Below are positions 26,396 through 39,452 of a stretch of 64,000 nucleotides of DNA, in pieces (the stretch's first letter is position 1; every line of letters starts with the position of its first letter). The translations under genes and the position numbers were made by a program. Source of the stretch: Eledone cirrhosa (lineage: Eukaryota); the NCBI GenBank assembly GCA_964016885.1, contig OZ024748.1, positions 28,210,001 through 28,274,000 of the forward strand, in the 5' to 3' direction. The notes beneath the pieces were generated by a model. It had not been told where the DNA came from. It worked only from the letters and a program-made list of their open reading frames with translations, and ran no database searches.

Positions 26396-26790
26396 AAGGC
26401 GCATGGCTTAGTGGTTAGAGCAGTAGTCTTGCAATCGAAAGGTTGTGAGTTCAATTCTCGAACCGGGTGTTGTTTGCTTGAGCAAGACACTTTATTTCAT
26501 ATTGCTCCAGTTTACTCAGCTGAAAATGAGTACCAGCAATAGCTGGAGGTTTAACCCTGCGATGGACTGGCGTCCTGTCCAGGGGGGAGTCTTGTACTCT
26601 CAGTCGCTTCACGCCATGAAACTGAGATAAGCACCGGCCAAATGAGCCTTCTGGCTTAAGACAGACTTTAGACTTATGGCCTGCCCGCCCAGCCAGTGGG
26701 ATGGCGTCATCGTATGGCTAAAACAGCACGTGCTGTGACCAGTGGCGCCCGACAGACTGGTCGGTCAAGGTGATCAAGGTGATGTGTGTG
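26396..26790 (+). mobile_element. Second tRNA-derived SINE family with a V-SINE-like central motif and an attached tail segment
   Basis: tRNA-like head GGCGCATGGCTTAGTGGTTAGAGC…GAGTTCAATTC; motif ACCCTGCGATGGACTGGCGTCCTGTCCAGGG resembles V-SINE domains (from memory). Confidence 0.75.
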
Positions 26791-26837
26791 TTTTATACAT
26801 TGCGGCATATCTTTATAGGAAGAGAAAATTTGTGTGT

Positions 26838-26876
<39 letters not shown>

Positions 26877-26939
26877 TACATACATATGTATTTGTTCTGC
26901 AAGATTCTTGATGTGAAATAATGTGTTGAAACCAATACT

Positions 26940-27283
26940 GTTATATTTGAGGATGGCCATGTTGCCAGTATTGCCAATAAAAAGACACAAACCATATGAG
27001 TTTCACTTCATCTTTATTGCTCGTTATTCATTCATTCATCAAACTTCGTTTGTCACACATTCTGTAACCTTCTCAATGGCTATCTTATCAAGATGAGGGA
27101 GAAGTTTAAGACTAGAATGAAAAGGAAGCACAAAAGATAACAGATAGTCATTGAGGAGGTCACAGAATGTGTGGCGAAAGAACTTTGACAAACGAAGCAA
27201 TAACTAGTAATTAAAGATAAAGTGAAAATCATATTGTGCGTATGTTTGGCAATACTGGCAACATAACCATCCCCAAATATAAC
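26940..27283. mobile_element. Diverged foldback element, possibly inverted Penelope-like termini
   Basis: Arms of ~140 bp are imperfect reverse complements (GTTATATTTGAGGATGG / CCATCCCCAAATATAAC); hammerhead-like motif at 27151-27179. Confidence 0.6.
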
Positions 27284-27550
27284 AATATATATATATATTG
27301 CACATGTGTTAGTCTGTGTGTTTCTATGTTTCTGTGTGCTTTTATAGTTAACATAGACCTGTTTCTATAGGAGCAAGTTTATATATACACTCACATCATA
27401 TACACCTCTTTTTCTACCTCACATACATACATACACACACACGTGTGTATATATACACATGTACATTACAATTACAATATCTGCATAGTTTGTGTGGGTG
27501 CAGGGTATATAATATATACACAAGTATATATATATATATATATATATATA

Positions 27551-27755
27551 TTAACCCTTTAGCATTCACATTATTTTATATATACTATTATATTTTCATG
27601 GTAAAGTCTTTACCTCACATAATATCGAATCTATGAGATTTTGAAAGTATTTATTTTGAAAACAATACCTTAACATCAGTTTGAGCGACCAGTTACAGCC
27701 AGTTTCAACAGAAAGATGTAGAGAATTCTGGCCGGTTTGAACAATAAAGGGTTAA
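27551..27755 (-). mobile_element. piggyBac-type TTAA MITE (opposite orientation)
   Basis: TTAA-CCCTTTAGCATT…TAAAGGG-TTAA. Confidence 0.85.
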
Positions 27756-28179
27756 GCATCAATGGAAGAAAACTGTCTAACCCATGCTAGTTAGATGATG
27801 ATGATGATTAAGGGGTTCATTCCAACATATAAATATGCGTATTTTGTATATCTAGTGATATACAGTATGTTTACGAATAAACATTTGAAAGCCCTTTAGC
27901 TATGAATTTTGGAAGCTGATGACATAGCCATCAAGTGAATCCAGCAGAAGTAGGGGTGGGTAGCTGTTTACAATCATTGTTTCTGACTTTGGTCGTTATC
28001 AAGGCAATGCTCCCTTATGCTGCTCTTTGCTGGAACTCAATATAGCCAAAAACATAGTTTTGACGCCTATGTACACATGCTGATTAGTCTCATTTGCATA
28101 CAGAGCTGTTAGCCAGCACGGCCCGAAACTAGAAATAAGGTATATATTCCTGCATAGTTTCTTATTTTCATTTGGTATG

Positions 28180-28527
28180 TGTTTATTTTATGGAAGGGAC
28201 AGGTTCTATTGGTGAGGCAGTCCATTTTCTACCCGCACCCTCTACACGGAGAGCTGGACATGCTTTGGCAGATGATGCACAAACATGTGCTGAGGCTGCG
28301 GCATTTTCAGATAATGGTAAAGGGTGAACAAGTGTGGTCGCTATTTGTGAGACAAGCCTTTCCGTAGCTTGTCGCTTAGACTGAGTTGCAGTCTTGGTTG
28401 ATCTGAGGAGGAAAGGGATGTTCTTCCCGGGTGCTCTCAAATCGTCGGGTTGTTAGTGGGGTACCCGGGTTGCCGCTGAGTGGTTCTCTCCATTATTGGG
28501 GTCCTTGAGGCCAATAAATAAAGAATT
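28180..28527 (+). mobile_element. Old internally deleted Tx1-like fragment with 3' end
   Basis: LWKGQVLLVRQSIFYPHPLHGELDMLWQMMHKHVLRLRH aligns with LWKRRAPMVRRSICCQHPSKGGLGMPWLMMRKHALRLRH of the 52337 element; ends GTCCTTGAGGCCAATAAATAAAGAA. Confidence 0.8.
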
Positions 28528-29502
28528 GATATTATTATTATTGTATTTTTTGTTTATTTTCCCTCTTAATTTTTCCACTCATTGTTAGTTTTTCATTTTA
28601 GTGGTCTGTCTGTGTGTCTACCTGGGTGTTAGTTTAAAGGGCATTTTTAATGCTGGTGATTAACTGTATCTTTAAGGGCAATAAATAGACTTCGACCAGG
28701 ACCGCCCAGCTTCCCAAATCAAATGTCACACTATCTAATTACGTTCTGAGTTCAAATCCCATCTGGGATGTCATTGCCTTCTTCCATCCATCCTGAGTCA
28801 ATGGAGTAGGTGTTAGTTAAGTAGTGTGAGGTGGTGGTTGGGGGTTGCAGGGAAATTGTCTGTTCTACTACTACTCCCATTCAGGCTTGTGGTTTTGTAC
28901 TTATATAGGGAAAGCTTTATTGTTAAATATATTACGGTGGTGTATTGACAGAATCGTTAGGACTGAATGTCTTGGAGTGTTTTATCCTGGCGTTTTAGGT
29001 TCTGAATTCAAACCTTGCCAATCTCAATTTTTTGGCTTTCATCATTTGTGTTGATGAAATATATAAAGTACTAGTCATATATATACTGAGGCTGATTTAA
29101 TCAACTAAACCATCATCATCATCACATGTCTATTTTTCTATGCTTGCATGTGTTAGCTGGGTTGTGCATGTTATGAGACAAGTCTGGCCAGTAGGCCATG
29201 CTGTACCTTGCTCAAATGGAACTGGATTTTTTAATACTTGGATGCCCTTCTTAACACCAACCACATTGTGGAACTGGCTCGTCCCGTTATGAGGAGGGTC
29301 TGGCCAGTTAGCCGCAGCATACTTAGCTCATAGTAGTACTATATTTTGGGAGCTGGGTGATCCACCTGAATAAATAATTTTCTAGCCTTAAGACAGTCAG
29401 CAATATTTAATATTAACTATTATCAGGGGTGTAATTAATATTAGCTATTATAATGGTTTAAATATTTATTAACAAATTTAATATTAACTATCAATAGGGA
29501 TT

Positions 29503-29680
29503 TACCATATATTCTCAAAAATAAGCCGAGGAATATGTGACCCCAAAATCAATGGTAAAATGAGAGATTGGCGTATATACTCTATCTAAACAATGTGTTG
29601 CCTTGGTTTATAAACGGGGTTTGGATTTTCACCTATTTCTCAGACATCGAAGAGTAGCTTATATTCGAGGTTTATACAGG
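29503..29680. mobile_element. Degenerate pogo/Tc2-like MITE
   Basis: Imperfect TIRs TACCATATATTCTC…ATAAGCCGA and TAGCTTATATTCGAGGTTTATACAGG; inserted in a local AATATTAACTATTATCAGGG repeat. Confidence 0.55.
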
Positions 29681-31749
29681 AATATTAACTATTATCAGGG
29701 CGGTGGCTTGGTAGAATTGTCTTGCATTATTTGTTCTAGTTCTTTACATTCTAAGTTCAAATCTTGCTGAAGTCAACTTTGAATTCCATCCTTCCAAGGT
29801 GAGGGGGTCAATAGAATTAAATGCCGGTGACATATTGAAGTTGATTTAAATGACTTCACCTTCCTCCACTCTCCTCTTCCTGTTAAATTTATTTATATTA
29901 ATTCAAATGACAATATAGAGACTGTCATGGACTTGAGGGAGGGATTTAAGTTAAAGAACAAGGACTGGTCACTAAACAGGACTCAATCATCATCATCATT
30001 TTCACTATCATTTTAATGTTTGTTTACCTTAATTTGAATGGGTTTTCTCAGTCCAAAATCAGACAGTCAGATAACCCTGTCTTGCTTTGACACCCATATT
30101 TTGGAATGTAAAAATTAAAAAGAACAACAATAATAATAATATTCCTTTGCATTGGTCAATTGGAATCGGTAGAACATCAGACAAATTGTTTTGTGGTATT
30201 TAGTTACAGCCCTTTACATTTTGAGTTCAAATCCTGCTGAGGTCAGCTTTACCTTTCACAACTCTGGGATGATGAAGTACCAGTGAAATACTGAAGCTGA
30301 TATAATTGACTTTCCCTCAAAATTGCTGGTCTTGTGCTGAAATTATATAACCATTATTTCATTTTTTATTTTTTTTTTTATTTTTGTTATATTTCAATGT
30401 TTTTGTTTTTTCTTTTCTTTTTTTCACTTGAAGGAATTGCATGATTATCTATATATCTTTCCAGGTTCTTTTCTACATTGGTCACCTATTGGTTTGGCCT
30501 GTGTGCTCAGCAGGGCCCAATGCTGCTCTCTAAGCAGCACATTGCCCCTCTCTTCACCGTTCCGACATGCATGACCTTCTACCACTTCTACTACAACTAC
30601 TACCACTTTCACTATTATTACCACTACTATTACTACTGCAACTTTTGCTGGCAAAAAAAAAAGAAATTTGCAAAAAAAAAGAAAAAAAAAAAGGATTTTT
30701 TAAAAATTGTGGCAAAAATAAAAATATACAGGTAGTAGATGTGGAACTCCTGATACAGTCACACCGATATTGTAGACATGGATGGAACTCCTGATACAGT
30801 CACAGTGATAGAGCAAGCAATGTACAGCCTTTTCTTCTTATATTACTACTACTAATGCTACTGTTATTACTACTACTACTACTAGTGTCATTACTATTTA
30901 ATATTGGACACTGTGCCTCTCTTTCTCAGAAGGTGACTCTTTGTGTTGCTACTACTGCTATTACTACTACTGCTACTACTACTACTGGTGATGATTAATA
31001 TTTTTTCACCTTATTTCACTTGCTTGGAAATATTAAGCTTTTCATTTCTTTTTCAACTTACACTTCACTCACACATCTTGTCTTCACTCCATTCCATCAG
31101 TCGCTGCACTCCACTCACATCACATCCCTCCTACACCCCACTCCATCACCTGTTGCACTCCCTAAACTCCACTCATCACATCCCTCCTACATTCCACTCA
31201 ACCATATGTTTCACCCCCTCACTCAAGTTGGCTTTTGGTTTTGTTTTGTTTTTGTTTTGTTAGGGTGGGATGGCTGGTTTGGTATTTCTCACGTGGTTCA
31301 TAACTTTGTGGTTTTTGTTGTAAATATTGCTGTAGTTGTGGTTTTTATTATTGCTGTGGTTGTTGTTTATTCTGACATCATGTTGCACTTATAATGTATA
31401 TGTATATATGTAAATGTGGTTGGTATTAGGAAGGGCATCCAGCTGTAAAAACCCCTGGCCAAATTTATAGTCCCGTCAGAGCAAGGTATGGCGTGGCTAG
31501 ACTTGTCCCTCGACACGGACGACCCATTTGACCCATGCAAGCCTGGTTAAATGGTGGTGGTGGTGATGATGATTGTGTGCGAGTGTGTATAGCGTACTCA
31601 TTCTTTTTTTCTTACACACACATGCATGCATTTACATAAACACACTCACTCAGACATATACATACACACATTTTGGAATGATGAATAAAAAATCTTAGAA
31701 TTGCAACAGAGTGAAGTTTCAGCTTCATTAATTAAAACCTGTCGCAGAC

Positions 31750-32110
31750 CCAGAGATTATCCTGGTTTAATCAGCATTAAGGCACTTGAGTTTTCAAGAT
31801 TTTTACCATTGATTAAGTCAGTGTTATTGTAAGGATCATGTACATTGACCCTGACACAAACACTTGAGAAAAAAACCAAATGTTTAAGGTTGTATAAAAC
31901 ATAAACTGGTGTCAATGTATTACAAGTGAAAGTTTATACGGAAACATGTCCAAGATAACTACAATTGCTTAAAGAGGGTTACGATTTGTAGGACATTGGT
32001 GGAGAAGAAGCAAGTTACTATTGTGGGACCGAACTCATGGGTGACGCAATAGAGGAAGACCTGCTTGAACCTCCAATGGTCAACTCTCAGATGATCATGA
32101 AGATCAACAT
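31750..32110 (+). mobile_element. Highly decayed RTE/RTEX LINE C-terminal fragment
   Basis: Conceptual translation LRFVGHWWRRSKLLLWDRTHG*RNRGRPA*T, the typical RTE C-terminus. Confidence 0.6.
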
Positions 32111-32275
32111 CCTAACCACAAGGCTAGCTGACCTACCTTCTCTTCAGCTTTGTAGAAATTAATAAAAGAAAATATGCATTTTAAAATATCTATTAAGTAG
32201 TCTCTTCCTTTTTCATTTATATACTATTGCATGTTTGTGTGTGTGAGTGTATAAATATGTATATATATGTGTGTG

Positions 32276-32319
<44 letters not shown>

Positions 32320-33525
32320 TATTCATATTTATACATATACATATATATACATGCACGTGTATTTGTGTGTGTCAAATCGGACCGAGGAAACAATGTTTCC
32401 GTTGGTCTTTCCAATTGCTAATACTATCTATCGGTCGCAACATAAATTAATATAAATAAAAGGAAGAAATAGGTTGGGTTGTTAAAGCATCAGGCCTCAA
32501 AATCTGTCCTTTCTCTCAATAGTTAAAAGTAGGATGGTAGAATGGCTGAATTGGTAGATGAACAGACATTTGAGGGAGATTTAGCTGTTATTTTTTTATA
32601 GATATAAAGCATTTCATTATCTAATTAAAAGAATAGCAAATTGGCTGAGTTGTTAGAATGTTGGGTAGAATACTTTGCAGTATTCATTTCGGCATTCAAG
32701 TCCCACCAATATCAACTTTACTTTTCATATCTTTTGAAGTTGATAAAGTACCAGTTCAATTCTGACATCCATTCTCTCTCTCTCTGGAAGGAATCAGCTA
32801 TGTTCAGACGTTGGAGTTTAAATGCTCCACAATGCCACCAGACCTTTACAACCCATGGACATTATATAATTAGTCCTCTTGTTTGCTAAACTGTAACAGA
32901 CTTGGCTGCTACTTTTAGCAATTTTGACAACCATCCAGGGGTTTCATCAATTGGCTAATGATATGTAGCTTTTGCATTATGGGATGTTGTAGTTAGGTAT
33001 TATGGGTGGTGGGGTGGTAGTGATGTCATGTTATGGGGGTGTTAATGTGCACGTGATGGTGGGAGGGGTAGTGATGGTAGTGCTGATGGTGGTGTGATAG
33101 TAGTGATGGTTGAGTGAGGGGGTGATGGTGGTGCTTATGGTGGAGTGATAGTAGTGCTGATGGTGGTGGTGGTGTTGGTGGTGCTTATGGTGGAGTGATA
33201 GTAGTGCTGATGGTGGTGGTGGTGTTGGTGGTGGAGTGGGTAATAATGATGTGGCCTGTTCTGTCTTTTTAGCTAGAAAGTATACCCCCAAACTATGTGG
33301 GAAACTTGTGGGAAAGCTATTAGTGTATAGAGTAAACTAAAAGTGCCATCACTGCCTCAAGCTAGGCTACTAAGAGGTTTCTAGACATTTGACCTTTTAC
33401 TTTGGTCATTTTAGACATTTGTTTGACCCAGTTCCTATTGGCCTCTTACATCCAACACAATACACCATTGTTTTATATAAGAGTATAGCTTGGAAGAAAA
33501 AGAAGTGTGGTGTTGTGTTCACACC

Positions 33526-33561
<36 letters not shown>

Positions 33562-34726
33562 ACTTATATAGATACATTACATATAGTCATGCACCACTTA
33601 TATACATACTCCACATGTATATATACATACACACACATGCACTACCTACATACGCATAATTTCCAGTTTCCTCCATTGGTGAGCGAGAGATAGATTGAAA
33701 GGCTATGAGATAATTCATTTGAATATATCTTGCATATAAACATTTGAAAAGATCTGAGTCTCTCAGAGAACACCTTAATGCCCCTCCCCTCACCACACAC
33801 TCACTTGCCTGTATATTATCATATCTTTCATCTGAGTCATGTTGCCTCACCGGTCATGGAAAATAATTCTCCTTTCCTCAGTTGGTCAGGTTTAAACAGA
33901 TTTCAGATTGTATGTAGGGAAAGAATCAAGCCAATTATTTCACTACAACTATCACCTACCCATCAACTACAACCCTTATCGTTCACCCACTCCACTACAC
34001 AGTCATAATATAGATCCCTTTCTAACCCCACTCTCTAGTAACCACCATACTATTACTGGTATTACATCAATTTTATTGTTTTGTTGGAAGACCCAATACA
34101 CATTCTCCTGTCTAAAACCTCCTGGTGACCACTTTAGTAACACTGGTCTTACGTCCATCTTTGTTGTTGTTGTTGAACCCAATAATAACACCACACGATG
34201 ACCACATTACTGCTACTGGTCTTATTTCATATCAATCTTCCATATTACCCAAATAGCCCCTTGTCCAACAACAATCCCTGTTGACCATCTTATTACTACT
34301 ATTAATACAGGTCTTACATCAATCTTCTTCTTTTAGAGGTAGTCTTAATATATCTTCCTGTTAAATACCTGTCCTGCTCCACATCTACCTCTCTTTATCT
34401 CCTCTATCTTTCCTCTTCATTTACTCTCCCCCACCTCCCACTTCGTTCAAAACAAAGCCTAAAATCTTTTCTCAAAATCTTCAGTTGGCTATCTTTGGGT
34501 ATTGCAAGGGTACCTTGTTTTCTGCCACGCGCACACATGCACACACACACACACGTGTGTGTTTCTGACTGTCGTTGAGTTCAAATTCCATGATAATTGA
34601 CTTCGTTTTTCATCATCTCGGTGGGTGAGGGTTGATAAATATGATACAAAAAGAGAGTGAGGAGTAGTGTGACTGAGCAACGATAGTGTGTTTGGGTGTA
34701 TGAGTGTATCTGTGCGTGTGTGCCAA

Positions 34727-34921
34727 GCTTTCCATTTCCATTCATACAGGTCACTGTCGAGACCTCAGGCATACTTGGACCCTGTACTGCAGAGCTCCTC
34801 CACAAGATCGGAGCCCCGTGAGGTTGGGTGGTTGTTGCAGTGGGTGTCACTGGCCATCGTCCGGGGGAATGCTGTTGCCGTCTTGTCAGCGGGGTGCAGC
34901 ACTTCTGCCCTCTCGCCCTAG
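34727..34921 (+). mobile_element. CRE-like non-LTR retrotransposon 3' coding remnant
   Basis: FIQVTVETSGILGP, then frameshifted EPREVGWLLQWVSLAIVRGNAVAVL; matches the F-x-P-x-x-x-E-T-x-G…Q-x-x-S-x-A-x-x-RGNA C-terminus of CRE elements. Confidence 0.7.
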
Positions 34922-35080
34922 GCCCAAATCCCAATCACCCTCACCCCTGCAACACCAGGGCTCTTGCCATCCCCTCCCATTCTTTTTCTTTCTCTCTTTT
35001 TTCTCTATATTTCCCTATTCTTTCTTTCCTTTTGATTCCCTTTCTTTTTTATAGTTGTCATTATTATTATTATTACTGTA

Positions 35081-35275
35081 AGGGTGGTGGATTGGCAGTA
35101 TCGGTAGAGGGTCTGACGCCATGTTTTGCAGCAAAGAGTTACGGCCCTTTATGGTCTGAGTTCAAATCCCACCAAAGTTAACTTTGCCTTTCATCCTTAC
35201 GAGGTCGATAAAATAAAGTACCAGTAATACATTGGGATAATTGCTGGCTCTGTGCCAAAAGTAGAAACAATTATT
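35081..35275 (+). mobile_element. Full-length tRNA-derived SINE
   Basis: Same family as 16021. Confidence 0.9.
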
Positions 35276-35462
35276 ACTGTAAATAATATGTTTATACAGT
35301 TTTTATGATAAATTAATTTGTGCTATAGTTTTCCACGCTGAGACCAATGAAAGAATTGGTCTATCTCATATTTTGCTAATCTTCTCACCTTCTTCTCCTC
35401 TCTCACTCAATTTGCTGTTGGTGGTGGTTGGTGTTTTTTTCTGTTTTCCTTGTGCTGGTGTT

Positions 35463-35504
<42 letters not shown>

Positions 35505-35654
35505 CATATAAGCTTGTGTGTGTATATATATATATATATATATACACGTATGTGTGTGTGAGTATGTATATGTTTATATATATATATACTTATACATTTT
35601 TATACACCTATATTAACATCTGTTGTGGTGGTGGTGTTGATTATCTAATGAAAA

Positions 35655-37025
35655 CTAGTGGCTTCCTGGCTTTTTCCCTAATCTATACTGCGCTCAAATC
35701 TATTTATAAGGCACCTATTGGCATCTATCATAATACTGATTTTCTTTAAAGTAAAAGATGTTAAAAGGTATTTAAAAATTTTTTAAATTTATTTAGAATA
35801 TCTAAAAACAGAAAGTAAGAAAGATGTATTTTACTAAAATTATAAAACATAATGTTTTTAACTTTTTTACTTTGGAGGATAAATGAAGAATTTGTGGGGC
35901 CTTCCTACTCTAGAACAACCTACATACAATTGACCATGTGAAAAACAGCCCTTTTCTAGATGGAGATCGACAACCTGCAGTGTTTAACCTTGGGACTTGT
36001 TAATCATCATTGTGTAATTGACTCTCACTGGGAATTGTAATCATTTGAAACAAAAAGGGACATCTGTTGGTAGTAACGGTATTCTAAGTATAAATACAAT
36101 GTTTCATTTATATCCAGTAAAGATTTGGACTTCGATAATATGAGGCTGTTGCTCTGTCACAGCCATATGTGCTCCATTGCACAATCATAGCTGATCCAGC
36201 TGAGAAGCATGATGATTGTGCCTTTCTTCAAGGTTGTGTGGCAGCATACCGGATGGTTCCAGACTGTTGTGAAATTCGAGATAATGAACAGCTCAATCCT
36301 CGCTGACAATTTTGTTGATAGATTTGTAGGTCTGGCTACCTTCAGGGATCATTTGTGAGAGATTTTTGTAGATGACATTCATTGTGATGTTTTGGGAAAC
36401 GAAGGTGGCTCTTTCACACAGCCACCCCTCATTGGAATGGTGGATTTAGAAATTGAGGAACACTTGATTAATTTAGTTTACAACGCTTTCCACAATAGTA
36501 GTAAATGATGAAGGATCAAAACATTCTTCAGCATCAAGGAATTGCTTTTCTATAAATTTAAACAGCTGAAAGCTGTTTATCTGTAACTTTAAGGGATCCC
36601 TTTCCTCCCTGCCTTAGTTTTCAGAAAAAGGAGTTATTAGCAAGTGAGCCAGGTGTCAGTTTGGTTGTAAACAAACGAAAAAGAGAAAAAGAAAAAAATT
36701 CCCAGTAAAGAAATCTTTGAGGTTGGGAAAATCCGAGGATGGCTCACCTCACTCCCCCCATTCTGGTTTTGGAGAAAATCCGAGGATCGCTCACCTCACT
36801 CCCCCCATTCTGGTTTTGGAGAAAATCCGAGGATCGCTCACCTCACTCCCCCCATTCTGGTTTTGGAGAAAATCCGAGGATCGCTCACCTCACTCCCCCC
36901 ATTCTGGTGGATTATGAGCATATCGGAGGTCAGATTATTTTAAAACACACAGAAAACTTGAATTACCAATTTTATTTAATGTTATTAGTGGTCAACATAC
37001 AAACTTCCTTTTATATATCAATATA
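35655..37025 (-). mobile_element. Internally deleted Helitron with a Pif1 helicase remnant (~35890-36480)
   Basis: Minus strand reads WLCERAT…YKSI…EFHNSLEPSGMLPHNL…LQFPVR…INKSQG*TL…CFSHGQLYVGCSRVG; 3' end CTAG|T at 35655. The 5' boundary near 37025 is tentative. Confidence 0.85.
36727..36907. repeat. ~48-bp minisatellite (GAAAATCCGAGGATCGCTCACCTCACTCCCCCCATTCTGGTTTTGGA), about 4 copies
   Basis: Near-identical direct repeats. Confidence 0.95.
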
Positions 37026-37036
37026 TGATGATGATG

Positions 37037-38170
<1,134 letters not shown>

Positions 38171-38422
38171 ATAATACAAGGATGATTGGTTAAGCCTTCA
38201 TTATGTTTATTGGTGACACGCATTTGGCTATTGATCAGCTCAAGGTTCGATCTGGCCTGACTCTGGAATTAAAAGCCCGTCAGACCTCTGTTATTACTAC
38301 AACAGAGGTCTGACGGGCTTTTGATTCGAGAGTCGGGCCGGATCGAACCTTGAGCTGATCAATAGCCAAATGCGTGTCACCAATAAACATAATGAAGGCT
38401 TAACCAATCATCCTTGTATTAT
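38171..38422. repeat. Near-perfect 252-bp palindrome (122-bp arms, 8-nt loop)
   Basis: Outer 82 bp are perfectly complementary; 4 mismatches in the inner part. Confidence 0.95.
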
Positions 38423-38541
38423 TATATTGCACTCTGTCTAACTCTACACCTCGATACTGACGTGAACCTAAACATTGAGGACTCACCTGGGTGAACCTAT
38501 AGTAACTTCACCTTACATATTTTTATATATATGTGTGTGTG

Positions 38542-39420
38542 TTAACCTTTAGCATGCTAGTAATTTTTTTGAATTGTTTCCTCTGACACTATTATTTTTG
38601 GCGTAGCAAAAAATGTAAGCACCCTCTGTTTTTAAATTATCATAACTTTCTTTGTATTTTGTGTACAGACTTGATTTTTTTTCTATGCTAATAAAGGGAT
38701 GCACGAGCAATATTTTGACATAATGCATTATGTTCTGCATATATCTTTTAAGATTGAAAAACAAACAAAAATACACAAAAACAAAAAATTGTAAATGTGT
38801 TTATTATTGTGCGTGAAGTTCCGGGGTGCAGTCTACTTTATAATCCATCAGACTGTGGTACCTCTAGCACAGTTTTGGCACACAAACTGGGTCTGGTGGC
38901 ACTTCTTCTCGCAATTGGAACACACAACACAGTCTTGGCGAGAAGGCCTTCCAGAATTCCGGGGCTTGGGGTTGATGATGATCTGGTGTTCCGCCTGGGG
39001 GATCTCCTGGCCTTCTCCCTCTCCTGTAAGACACTTCTGACTCGTAACCTTCCAGTAGAGATTGCACAATTTTCAGCCTGAATTTTTCAGTAATGATCCG
39101 GTGAGTTGATTTGGCTTACCAATTGATTAATGCATTGCAGAAACATACTTTGAAGAGGTAGAAGAAAACCTTCTTCTACTACTTGGTGCATCTGTGCTGC
39201 ACCATGTAATAGGTCACCTGCTTATCAGCTTTGTCGACTACCCCCCCCCCCCCCCCCCCCATGTACTGAGAGTAGGACTGCACAGCACAAGATTTGTGCA
39301 CGTCTAGAGTATGGCCCTCATATTTCGAACTAACAGCTTTTTGGAAAGTCTCACCAGAATAGGCAGTTGTTCATGAAACACGTCACACCTGAATAAACTT
39401 AATGAAAATTTGACACCGCG
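38542..39420 (-). pseudogene. piggyBac transposase 3' remnant with terminal repeat
   Basis: Minus strand: YSQYMGG…VDKADKQVTYY…KKVFFYLF…NA, FRLKIVQSLL, then Cys-rich tail DCVVCSNCEKKCHQTQFVCQNC…RYH; end TTAA-CCTTTAGCAT at 38542. Confidence 0.85.
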
Positions 39421-39452
39421 TCCATACTTATATGTGTATATATGTGTGTGTG

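Noticed and set aside
26396-26465. tRNA gene
   Set aside because: tRNA-like head with no convincing acceptor stem or Pol III terminator; it continues into a SINE body.
28078-28135. Hammerhead ribozyme (CTGATTAG…CGAAAC)
   Set aside because: The core is altered and I could not form a convincing stem II.
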